NCBI GenBank assembly: GCA_963675295.2
Contig: CAXXKJ010000002.1
Location: 960,001-1,024,000, forward strand
Direction of reading: 5' to 3'
Origin: a bacterium
Lineage (GTDB): Bacteria > Electryoneota > Electryoneia > Electryoneales > Electryoneaceae
Length of the DNA: 64,000 bases
Shown here: piece after piece, positions 17,390-26,067 of the stretch
Layout of the letters: the number at the start of each line of letters is the position of its first letter
Numbering within the stretch: the stretch's first letter is position 1
The notes under the pieces: generated by a model
Database searches by the model: none
What the model was told of the DNA's origin: nothing
Seen by the model: the letters and a program-made list of their open reading frames with translations, nothing else
Translations under genes and position numbers: made by a program

Positions 17390-19375
17390 ATGATTCGAAC
17401 CAGGCTGATGTTTGCACTTGCCTTATTGCTACTACCGCTCTCCATTTCGCTTGCCTGGGAAAAGTTCACCGATGAAGAGCTCTCAATGAAACCCCCGGAC
17501 TGGTGTCCGGACGCAACAGCGATGGTCTTGGACCGTCAGGTCAGGGGGGACGTCAGCTTGACGGCTGCCGGTTTTGAGCTTGAAGTCAAGTATGTAACTC
17601 GTATCAAGTTGTTTGACGAAGCTGCATTTGATCTGGCCAACATTCAATTGCTGGCTCCCGCAGGTTCCAAAATCAATCGCATCAAAGCAAGGACGATTAC
17701 CCCTGAGGGAAAAAAGGTTAAGCTGAAAAAGCGTGATATCTACGATGAAATCACCTATGCCGGGCCGAAAAATGACCGCAAGTACCGCGTGGTCAATTTT
17801 GCTTTTCCTGCTGTGACTGCCGGGGCGATCCTGGAGTTTGAATACCGGTGGGTGAGCGATAATTTCGTGTTGATGCCTCCTTTCTATTTTGATCTGGATG
17901 GATTGCCCACCCGGGAATCGTCCGTGGCGTTTCAGATCCCCTACGGTTTGAACTACCGCACTGGTCTTATTAACACCGCGCAGCTGGATTACAAGGAGGA
18001 GGTGACCGAAATCCAGACGGTGAACGGTCCTCGCCTGCAGTATCTGGCAACTGTACGCCAGTTCGCCGGCGTACCGGAAGAACCGTTGATGCCCTCCACA
18101 GAGTATCTTCGACCGCATGTGTATTTCGTACTGGCGGGGTACGAGACTGCTGACGTTCGAGTTGACTTGGTCAAGGACTGGAACCGGGTCGCTGAGATCT
18201 TCGAGGGTTGGTGTGAGGAGTACACAACCTGGACACCGGCGACCGCACTTTTCGTGCGTGATCTGGTGGATGGTCCGTTTGATCGAACGGCATTGGAAAA
18301 GTTGCACCGGTTCATTGCCGACTCCATTGAGACGGTTGGTTCGCGCCATCCATTTGAATTTGACAGGACAATTGAGGATGTCCTTGAGAATCGGCGTGGT
18401 ACAGGGATGGAAAAGACCCTGTTGATGCGGGAATGCTGCCGTCAAAACGGTCTCGATTGTGATCTGTTGTTGGGTGTTCCGTGGGATGAGGGCGGGATGA
18501 TCGCCGATCCACCCATTTTCAATCGCTTGTCAGCATCTTTGCTACGTATTGACCTGGACACTCAGTCCATCTATCTCGATCCCGGTGATGAGGACGCTCC
18601 GTTTGACTATATCCCGTGGACACTTGCCGGAAATCGGGCGCTGCTGGTTGAGTATGACAATGCCGAAATCATCCGTTTACCTGACCGTCAGCAGATGGAG
18701 GAAGTTGCCATCAGCTTTACCGGGATTCTTGATGACTCAGGTGCGCTGGACGCTGACTGCTCAATCCTGCTCGTCGGCGGTAGGATCCGTTTTCTCGGGG
18801 ATGATCTTCAACTGCTGGATTCAGAAGAGCTGAGGGATCTCGTGGCGGCAGCATGGTTGCATGATCTGGACGCGGAACAGATCGATAACATTGAGTTGAT
18901 TCTCGAGGACGGGACAGAACCGCGAATCAATGTGCACGTGCATGTTGAAGGTGTTGGACAATTGGTTGGTGATCGGTGGGTTGTGCGTCCGAACCAATTC
19001 CGCAGTGTTGAACCTGACTACCTTCCGGAAGTGGCCGACCGTCAGACGAATCTGAATTTCAGTTCCCCAGTCTCTGTCAGGATCGATGGGACGATTGAAC
19101 TTCCAGATGGAGTCAATTACACCGAACTGCCGGAAACCCGTATTAAAAACCTGGAAGCGTTCGGTTTCATGGTGCGTGCCGGTTGCGGCAGTTCGCCTGG
19201 CTTGTTGCAATTCAGTCGTCACACTCGGCGCAAACACTGGTCGTTCAGCAAAACGCACTACGAATCGATTCGGGATTTTTACTCTGAACTGGCGGAAGCC
19301 GACCGGCTGGAACTGGTTTGCGAAACGATTCCCGCGGACGGGATGACAGAAACGGACGCAAACGCAGAGCAATGA
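17390..19375 (+). CDS. DUF3857 / transglutaminase-like secreted protein (catalytic Cys absent)
   Basis: Signal peptide, KARTITPEG...FAFPAVTAGAILEFEY pattern of DUF3857; RGTGMEK at the position of the catalytic motif; YLDP. Confidence 0.8.
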   Translation: MIRTRLMFALALLLLPLSISLAWEKFTDEELSMKPPDWCPDATAMVLDRQVRGDVSLTAAGFELEVKYVTRIKLFDEAAFDLANIQLLAPAGSKINRIKARTITPEGKKVKLKKRDIYDEITYAGPKNDRKYRVVNFAFPAVTAGAILEFEYRWVSDNFVLMPPFYFDLDGLPTRESSVAFQIPYGLNYRTGLINTAQLDYKEEVTEIQTVNGPRLQYLATVRQFAGVPEEPLMPSTEYLRPHVYFVLAGYETADVRVDLVKDWNRVAEIFEGWCEEYTTWTPATALFVRDLVDGPFDRTALEKLHRFIADSIETVGSRHPFEFDRTIEDVLENRRGTGMEKTLLMRECCRQNGLDCDLLLGVPWDEGGMIADPPIFNRLSASLLRIDLDTQSIYLDPGDEDAPFDYIPWTLAGNRALLVEYDNAEIIRLPDRQQMEEVAISFTGILDDSGALDADCSILLVGGRIRFLGDDLQLLDSEELRDLVAAAWLHDLDAEQIDNIELILEDGTEPRINVHVHVEGVGQLVGDRWVVRPNQFRSVEPDYLPEVADRQTNLNFSSPVSVRIDGTIELPDGVNYTELPETRIKNLEAFGFMVRAGCGSSPGLLQFSRHTRRKHWSFSKTHYESIRDFYSELAEADRLELVCETIPADGMTETDANAEQ

Positions 19376-21192
19376 GAATGCGGAAAATTGTCCTTGTCTG
19401 GATTCCAACTCTTGTGTTGCTGGTGACCGAGACTCTGGCCGGGGTTAAGCTTCCCGACTGGGCAGCGGAATTACCAGAACAGGTACCGGAGCCGTTGCGT
19501 ACGCGTGATCGGATCGTGCTTCGGTGTGTAACAGCAGATTTTGATCCGGAACGGGATCGGTTGCTACTGCGGGAGCGGCAAGCCTGGCAAGTGGGCGGCG
19601 CTGAAAGGTATTCCTCCTTCTCGGCAGTGGATTATTTCGCTGGTGAGGGCAATTTCAAGGCCGAGCGTGCACTTTTGCTGACGCCAGATGGCGAACTCGA
19701 GCGGCTGCCGAAAAACACCCTACGCAACAAACCCGTATATGGCAGCTACACCCTCTATTCCGATTCTCGTGCGGCTGAGTGGACGTTACCTCATGTGGAA
19801 ACCGGCTCGTTGGTTTTGCTGGACTACGAGATAACCCTTGAAAACTGCCCACGGATGATACGCCTACCGCTGCAGTCCGCTTTCGAACCCGTGCAGGAAA
19901 TCAGGTTGGATCTGGTCGCACCGGAGTCGTGGACCGTCACGGCGGCAACGTCGGTCGGCACCTCTTTCGCCGTTAATGATGGTATGCTGGTGTTGCAGGA
20001 TTTGCCTGTGTGGAGCAGCGAACCGTATGACGGCGGTTTTTCCAACTCTGCAGTTTTCGTTGAGATTGAAATCCGTCAAGCCGGTCAGCGATACCGGTGG
20101 AACGACGTGGCAAAAGAAATGCTGACCAGGTGGAAGGATGTTTACAGCGTTCATCCTGCAGAGACGTCTGCCGGACGCGAGGTGATTGATCAGATCCTGA
20201 GGGATTTCGAGGCACAGTATCGCTATGTATCTGTTCAGATTGGCGAGGGCCGTTTTGTTCCCCATCGGCTGAAGGATATTGAAAGGGTGCAGTATGGCGA
20301 TTGCAAGGATTTGACGCTGGTTCTGCTTAGCGAACTTCAACGCAGGGGTGTGGATGCGCATCCGGTGTTGACGAATCTGCCGTGGAATCGTCCGTTCCGT
20401 GATGATGTACCCAGTTCAAACCAGTTCAATCACGTGATTGTCGGCTGGATTGAGAATGGCGACACACTTTACCATGATGCCACCAGCCGCAAACGGACTC
20501 CTGGCCGAACACCGATGCCCCTCGCCGGCGCCCCGGCACTCTGGTTAACGCCGGACGGCGACTTGACCAGAATCCCAAACGTTGAGGAACCCTATACGAT
20601 TCAACTTTCGCTCGCTGGGGGATTTCGTCCAACTGGTCAATTTGAAGGGACGATCAGTATCACGCCCGACCCTCGTCTGGACGAAGTTGACTATGCGGAT
20701 TGGCTGGAGCTCGAGCCTGAAACGATAAGTGGCTTGCTGCACGAAGACTTGAACGTTCTGTCCGTATCGCAGTCCGAACCAACCGATTCGGGGAAGATCG
20801 CAGCGGAGATTGTCCTTGCAAACTGGGTCCAGCCAATCCAGTCGAGTTGGCTACTGCACGTTTGCCCGTTCGAGTCTGGTGAACACGCATTGCCCGTGGA
20901 GCGTACCGCCGGGTACTACTTCCTGGATCATCCGCTCGTATGGGACTATCACGTGAATGCCATACTTCCGGCAGAAGTGTCAAGGCGGGTTGAAACTGGT
21001 GACACACTGAACCTTGACGTGGGTTTAAGTCGCAGCAGTGTGAACATACGTGGCGATTCGCTAGTGGGTTCCTGGCGATTTGGGAATCGCTTACGGAAGG
21101 TGTCGGCTGGGCAGAGGGCACAACTTGATTCACTACTCACAACATGGAACCAGATTCGAGACGCCCGCCAACTGATCGAGTTCAAGCAGTAA
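19372..21192 (+). CDS. DUF3857 / transglutaminase domain protein
   Basis: ATGA overlap with the previous gene; YRYVSVQIG, YGDCKD, FNHVI, YHDAT give the Cys-His-Asp triad. Confidence 0.85.
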   Translation: MRMRKIVLVWIPTLVLLVTETLAGVKLPDWAAELPEQVPEPLRTRDRIVLRCVTADFDPERDRLLLRERQAWQVGGAERYSSFSAVDYFAGEGNFKAERALLLTPDGELERLPKNTLRNKPVYGSYTLYSDSRAAEWTLPHVETGSLVLLDYEITLENCPRMIRLPLQSAFEPVQEIRLDLVAPESWTVTAATSVGTSFAVNDGMLVLQDLPVWSSEPYDGGFSNSAVFVEIEIRQAGQRYRWNDVAKEMLTRWKDVYSVHPAETSAGREVIDQILRDFEAQYRYVSVQIGEGRFVPHRLKDIERVQYGDCKDLTLVLLSELQRRGVDAHPVLTNLPWNRPFRDDVPSSNQFNHVIVGWIENGDTLYHDATSRKRTPGRTPMPLAGAPALWLTPDGDLTRIPNVEEPYTIQLSLAGGFRPTGQFEGTISITPDPRLDEVDYADWLELEPETISGLLHEDLNVLSVSQSEPTDSGKIAAEIVLANWVQPIQSSWLLHVCPFESGEHALPVERTAGYYFLDHPLVWDYHVNAILPAEVSRRVETGDTLNLDVGLSRSSVNIRGDSLVGSWRFGNRLRKVSAGQRAQLDSLLTTWNQIRDARQLIEFKQ

Positions 21193-21532
21193 CTCACTCC
21201 AAGGTAGTAAACCATAAGCATTGTCATACCCTGCCGTTCATGAGATGGCTTAGTGATTCAGGTTTTTGTCGCTCTCCCCACCTCCAAGTCCCGTTAAACC
21301 CTCGCTCCGTTTGCGCGTCCATGAAGTGAACGCCGATGAATTCGTTTCGGTGGGACAGGCACGGTTCACGTGCATAGCTGAAAACAAATTCGGAGGATGA
21401 TGACCGGTCTCCTTCAGGACCTCATGAAAACGGGCGGTTCGCTGTCCCCTCCAAGTCCACACGTCCCCGTAATGGCGGACCGCCCGTCCCCATTTTGACA
21501 GTCGAAACAGTTCCCCTGACTCATCGTGCAAC

Positions 21533-21570
21533 CGTCCGCAGACGGACACAATACTATCCGTCGCCGGACA
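21533..21570. promoter_or_regulatory. Tandem putative enhancer sites
   Basis: CGTCCG-CAGA-CGGACA (21533-21548) and TATCCG-TCGC-CGGACA (21555-21570), 22 bp apart. Confidence 0.7.
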
Positions 21571-21631
21571 ATCTGTCTCCTGCTGCAATGCGGGAATTGT
21601 TGTTTACACGTAAGTTACGAATCGCAAGAGT

Positions 21632-21648
21632 TTGGCATGCATCTGGCA
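21632..21648 (+). promoter_or_regulatory. sigma54 (-24/-12) promoter
   Basis: TTGGCATGCATCTGGCA = GG-N10-GC. Confidence 0.7.
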
Positions 21649-21704
21649 ATTGCACGAAGTAGTTGGGAGAGATATGCTGGTTTTCGTCACAGGAGATGTG
21701 AACG

Positions 21705-21989
21705 ATGAGTGGGTTCACCATTCAGTTGCCGATTCATGATGCCAACGATTCGGTCGAAATCGAGGTGCGGGTCAACGGGAAACGTCGCAGCTACCAGTAC
21801 CGTGTCGAGGTGATCAACCTCGAACAGTGCGACATGATGCACGAAATCCGTATCCAATGCATCCGTGAGAAGATCGAGGAGGTCGGTGAGGACTGGCAGT
21901 TGGTCAACATCGGCGCGGCGAGCAAGGAATCGATCCCGGTGATGTTCCGCCGCAAACAAATCCTCGACGCGGCGGAAGGCAAAAACTGA
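21705..21989 (+). CDS. Small hypothetical protein (94 aa)
   Basis: RBS AGGAG, host-like codon usage, no signal peptide. Confidence 0.85.
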   Translation: MSGFTIQLPIHDANDSVEIEVRVNGKRRSYQYRVEVINLEQCDMMHEIRIQCIREKIEEVGEDWQLVNIGAASKESIPVMFRRKQILDAAEGKN

Positions 21990-22051
21990 GCGACGCTGAG
22001 CGGACGCCAATGGCGGATTTGCACCGCTGGTGGCTGCTTTCAACATAGACA

Positions 22052-22124
22052 AGGGGACACTTACTCCCGTATGTGTCCCCTTGATGGAACAGTTTCAGGG
22101 GACACGTTACGGACAACGTGTCCC
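22052..22124. repeat. Two REP-like GGGGACAC...GTGTCCC hairpins
   Basis: aggggacacttactcccgtatgtgtcccct and aggggacacgttacggacaacgtgtccc; a third copy lies at 41416-41442. Confidence 0.65.
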
Positions 22125-22368
22125 ATATGTTTTAACTCGGAAGGAGCCCGGGCTGAAGCCCGAGGGCGAGATTGGTTTCGGACACGTTGGGTGAGGGTGG
22201 TGATATGGATGTGCCCGTGTTCGCTTGCGAACGCGGACGATCCGATAATGGAAATCACCTGAGTCCGTTGTTGTTCAAGCTCGGATCAGCCCAGACATGA
22301 ATGTCCGGGGCATGCTAACTTCCGCATATCGCAGCCTATTGCCCGCAGTCCGTACCCCACATCCCGCC

Positions 22369-22812
22369 TTACTGCTCCAGCGCACCCTGTTCGATCCATG
22401 TGCGGATGGCTTCGATTTCACTGCTGGCGAGTTGTCCACCCTGCGGCATGCGCTGGAGGCCATTGGTTCCTTCGACACGCCACACCAATTCGCTGGCGTC
22501 CGGATCGCCGGGTACGACATACGGATTGCCGGACAGGCTGTTGGCATCGATCCAACCGGCGAAATCGGTCAGGTCGAGGTTGCCCAGCTGGATTGACGAA
22601 CTGTGACACGAGATGCAGTAGGTGCTGATGATGTCCGGGTAAATGTCCCCGGTCCAGCTCAGCGTGTCTGCAGGAGTCGGGTCGCCGTTGCCATTGTTGT
22701 TGTCGTTCGGGCTGACCGGGTCGCCCATGTCGGAGCAGCCTGCGGCCAGCAGCAGGGTCAACAAAAGTATCGGAAGCAGCCGTGCGAACACGGCGTTGGT
22801 CTGCAAAATCAT
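22369..22812 (-). CDS. Monoheme cytochrome c lipoprotein (planctomycete cytochrome c-like)
   Basis: ATG 22812 after GAGGAG; lipobox AAGC; CISCH; VVPGDPDASEL...RMPQGG with distal Met; IRTWIEQGA. Confidence 0.88.
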   Translation of the reverse strand: MILQTNAVFARLLPILLLTLLLAAGCSDMGDPVSPNDNNNGNGDPTPADTLSWTGDIYPDIISTYCISCHSSSIQLGNLDLTDFAGWIDANSLSGNPYVVPGDPDASELVWRVEGTNGLQRMPQGGQLASSEIEAIRTWIEQGALEQ

Positions 22813-22826
22813 CGTGCTGGGTCTCC

Positions 22827-23420
22827 TCACTGCGGCATCGCGGTGAATGTGGCGGACACTTCCTGGTCCTCCGCCAGTTTGACGATCAGGAACTGTGGAC
22901 GTTCGATGTCGTAATCGTTGAGGTTGACGATCCACTCTGCGGTAACTGTCAGGCTGCCGTCGGCATTGCGGGTGACCTCGAGCATCGGTTCGATGTCGTT
23001 GGTCTCGCCGTGGCAGGTGAACTGCCCGTTCGCCTTCATCGTCGCCGTTTCGCCGGTCTTCAGCATGGCCGGATTGCCGGACAGGCCGGTCAGCTCGAAC
23101 GTCATCTGCGGGAACTTGTCCGGGTGCAGATGGTTGTCGAGCATGTGATTGTTACGCAGCTTGATGCCGGTGTCAAGCGTCTTGACATCAATCGAAACCG
23201 TGCCGGATACCGGCTTGCTGAGATCGTCCGGATCGCAGCTGAACGTTCCTTCGAGGTGGTTCGTGCGTCCATCGAAGGTTTCACCGACCGCACGGGAAAC
23301 AAACACGACTTCATTGGGTTCGCCGGGGGATACGATGTACGTCATTACCTCGGCAATGGAGGGCTGAGCCGCCAGCAGGCCGATCATCATCACAAGCGTC
23401 AACGTCTGAAGCGTCTTCAT
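22827..23420 (-). CDS. YceI family protein (lipid/polyisoprenoid-binding beta-barrel)
   Basis: Signal peptide; SIDVKTLDTGIKLRNNHM...LHPDKFPQMTF; GQFTCHGET. Confidence 0.9.
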   Translation of the reverse strand: MKTLQTLTLVMMIGLLAAQPSIAEVMTYIVSPGEPNEVVFVSRAVGETFDGRTNHLEGTFSCDPDDLSKPVSGTVSIDVKTLDTGIKLRNNHMLDNHLHPDKFPQMTFELTGLSGNPAMLKTGETATMKANGQFTCHGETNDIEPMLEVTRNADGSLTVTAEWIVNLNDYDIERPQFLIVKLAEDQEVSATFTAMPQ

Positions 23421-23435
23421 GGGGGGCTCCTCGGT

Positions 23436-24536
23436 TTATAGCCACAAGTGCAGTTGCAGCAGGAATTGTCCGGACTCGTCCGAGCCGGGATAGTTCAGTT
23501 CGGAATGCGCCCACTGGTACATCGGGGAAATGCTGATGTAACCGCGCGGGATAATGTCCATCCCAAGCCGTGTGCGCCAGATGTAGCCGGACTCCGTGTC
23601 CATGTCCGGGTCGTAGTATTCGTACCAGCCGTGCGCATAAATGCCACGTTTGATCATGTAGCGCAGTTGATGCGTCGCGACCATGCCCTGAATGTCCTCG
23701 ACTTCCTCACGCAGATTCGTTTCGCCGAGGAAGGTCAGCGGGCCGACATTGAAGCCGTAGAATGCGCCGTAATGGCGGGCGCTGTAGCCACCACCGCCGA
23801 GGTCATCGGAACGGCCGGAGAGGCCGAGTGTGGCGGTCAGGGCGTTGTGTCCGAACCGTCGGGCAATTCGGGCCGAGACGGCGTTGCCATTGCTGCCGGG
23901 GACGCCGTTTGTCAGGCCGGCGGTGACATCCCAACGATCAGTGTAGAGGCCGGCTTCGACGCCGGTGTCGTAGGCTCGCCAGCCCGCGCCACGGTCACTG
24001 CCGTAGTCGAGGTACTTACGGGCGAAGACGGTATGATCGACCCAGCCCCAGCCGTAGGTGGTGCGGAACTTACCGGCCCGGACACGGATCTTCCCGTTCT
24101 TCATCGAGAAATTGGCGAACGCTTCCTCGATGCCGTTGTTGGATACGTCGACAACCGCCGAGGTGGCGTCGGTCAACGTGTACGCGAAATAGATGTCACT
24201 CTGCATCATGACGAATTCGTTACCACGGGTCTGCATGTTCTCGTCGTCATCATAGCCGTGCCCGAGAGCGTACAGGCCGCGCAGGTCGAAGCCGTACTGC
24301 AGGGCGTCGTCTGCTTGCGGCAGGATTTCCTGGATCTCGGCGAAATCTTTCGCTTCCATCGCGAGATCGCTGTACGAGAAGAACTGGGCGCCGTACAGGG
24401 TCCGCATTCCGCCACCGGTGGGGTTGTGGTGGCACAGGGCGCAAGTCTGATTGTATTTCACCTGGTACTCGGGCAACGCATGTGCAAATGACGCAAACAG
24501 CAGGATGGCCAGCAGTGCCGGCACAACGCGTTTCAT
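23436..24536 (-). CDS. Putative outer-membrane beta-barrel with N-terminal CxxCH (cytochrome-porin fusion)
   Basis: Signal AHA|LPEY, CALCH about 12 residues into the mature chain, then amphipathic strands (RVRAGKF..YG) and a C-terminal FLLQLHLWL beta-signal-like end. Confidence 0.78.
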   Translation of the reverse strand: MKRVVPALLAILLFASFAHALPEYQVKYNQTCALCHHNPTGGGMRTLYGAQFFSYSDLAMEAKDFAEIQEILPQADDALQYGFDLRGLYALGHGYDDDENMQTRGNEFVMMQSDIYFAYTLTDATSAVVDVSNNGIEEAFANFSMKNGKIRVRAGKFRTTYGWGWVDHTVFARKYLDYGSDRGAGWRAYDTGVEAGLYTDRWDVTAGLTNGVPGSNGNAVSARIARRFGHNALTATLGLSGRSDDLGGGGYSARHYGAFYGFNVGPLTFLGETNLREEVEDIQGMVATHQLRYMIKRGIYAHGWYEYYDPDMDTESGYIWRTRLGMDIIPRGYISISPMYQWAHSELNYPGSDESGQFLLQLHLWL

Positions 24537-24952
24537 GACTCCCTCCCTCATCATGACGAGTGTGTCTGTTTGTGAGCAGGCTGAGTGGTCTGTCCTGATC
24601 TTGTTGAATAGGTCAAGAAACCTGCGATTCCAAGAACAATTCCCAGCCGTCCAGCAGTTAAGGAGTTAGGTGACGGCTAAGTCCGATCAGAATCAGGTGT
24701 ATCAGAGTTAGGCATTCTGAACTTTCTGATGAGAGATGAGCAGAAACTGTGCCGGAGTGAAGGAATACTCAGGTTGCGCGGGCTGATTGCGGGGCATGAG
24801 CGGGCTTCGCACGGGAGCCGGGGAGACGGTTGCGACCGGAATGATACAACGAGCGTCTTATAGCTATACTTATCTATCCACAACGATTTTGGAGTCGCCC
24901 TCGCAGCTTGCTCATGGTCAGCCAAGACGGTTTAACAACACTGGGGGTACCC

Positions 24953-25645
24953 ATGAGTCCACTTAGAGTTTCACTCCTCGTTCTGCTGTTTCTTCTGTTG
25001 TCAGGCTTTGTTCTCACTGGTTGCGACGAAGACAGCTCACCGACCAAAATGCCTCCTCACGAACGACCGATGGCGAATGATTTATTCCCACTCAAGGTTG
25101 GCGACATCTATCAGTTCGAAAACCACGTCGATGGTGAGATGACGACGACGGAGACGTGGTCTGTGCTTTCGGTCGAGAGCCTTCAAGGTCGGGCTGCGTA
25201 CGAGGTTGAGTTCACACTCTTCGATCTGGATGATGGTGAAATCGGCAGCGACACGACGTGGTACGCGTACGGTATCGATTCGCTCCTGGTGTTTAACGAG
25301 GCATCGGACGAGTGGGAGTTGGATCCGTTTCTTAGCGGCTGGGCTGAGGCTGACCCGCCGGCAACGCATGAGTTTACGCGCGTTCGTGAGGATCTGGGTG
25401 GATTGACCGTTGAGTACGTCGCCGGATTCCACGGGTACAACTTCCAGATCCAGGTCGGTTCGACAACCTACGACGGTTGCGCCAGGATCACGGAAGACGC
25501 GACGGTGGTCGGGCAGGATCACACCGTGTCCGGTGTGCGCTACTACGGAGACGGATTCGGCCTGGTGTATTCAGACCTGACGGACACGTATCGGGTGGGT
25601 AACACGGAAATCACGATCCACCGGGAGAAGTTCCGGGTGGAATGA
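24953..25645 (+). CDS. Lipoprotein, unknown function
   Basis: Lipobox LTGC; LFPLKVGDIYQF...VGSTTYDGC...YYGDGFGLVY. Confidence 0.85.
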   Translation: MSPLRVSLLVLLFLLLSGFVLTGCDEDSSPTKMPPHERPMANDLFPLKVGDIYQFENHVDGEMTTTETWSVLSVESLQGRAAYEVEFTLFDLDDGEIGSDTTWYAYGIDSLLVFNEASDEWELDPFLSGWAEADPPATHEFTRVREDLGGLTVEYVAGFHGYNFQIQVGSTTYDGCARITEDATVVGQDHTVSGVRYYGDGFGLVYSDLTDTYRVGNTEITIHREKFRVE

Positions 25646-25758
25646 GGGATCTGGTGTGACCAGTTCTGAACGCGGGGTGCTTTCGTCCCGCGTTTTGCGT
25701 TTGTGCGATGGTGGATCTGCGGTCCTGCTAATTGAAACCAGAACGTCAGTTGGCTCGC

Positions 25759-25877
25759 ACGTCATTCTGGGAGCCGCGTCAGTTTGCGGCTGAAGAAGGT
25801 CCAGCTGACCAACGGGTTCATCTACACACTCAAATCTGGATCTTCCTCACTTCTCTTCGTTCCGTTCGGAATGACGT
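25759..25877. repeat. Degenerate palindromic element with GTCATTC...GAATGAC termini
   Basis: acgtcattctg (25759) / cggaatgacgt (25867) terminal inverted repeat with inner gaaggtcca / tggatcttc arms. Confidence 0.6.
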
Positions 25878-25905
25878 ACTTTCGACGCTGAATCGAATCT
25901 ATCGG

Positions 25906-25934
25906 GCGCAGGGTGGTTTCACCCCGCGTTTTTT
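25906..25934 (+). terminator. Intrinsic terminator
   Basis: gcgcagggtg-gttt-caccccgcgt followed by a T-run. Confidence 0.6.
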
Positions 25935-26067
25935 CTCGGGCGGGAGCGGATTGATCGAGCGTTGCGGGCTGTGGGTATCCTCGTTACTTTCATCATTCAC
26001 CTTGGACGACGGGCTTGCATCGTGGCAAGCCTTCTTTGCCTTTAACCTGAAGAAAGCGTTTTCAGCA

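Noticed and set aside
21250-21588. Minus-strand 112-aa ORF with faint resemblance to a RAYT N-terminus
   Set aside because: No HUH motif, and it overlaps the enhancer sites; likely spurious.
25732-26067. ORF-track N-terminal extension of iscS (similar extensions at 17237, 43764 and 52962)
   Set aside because: The iscS extension crosses a repeat element and a terminator; in each case homology or the signal peptide begins at the downstream ATG.
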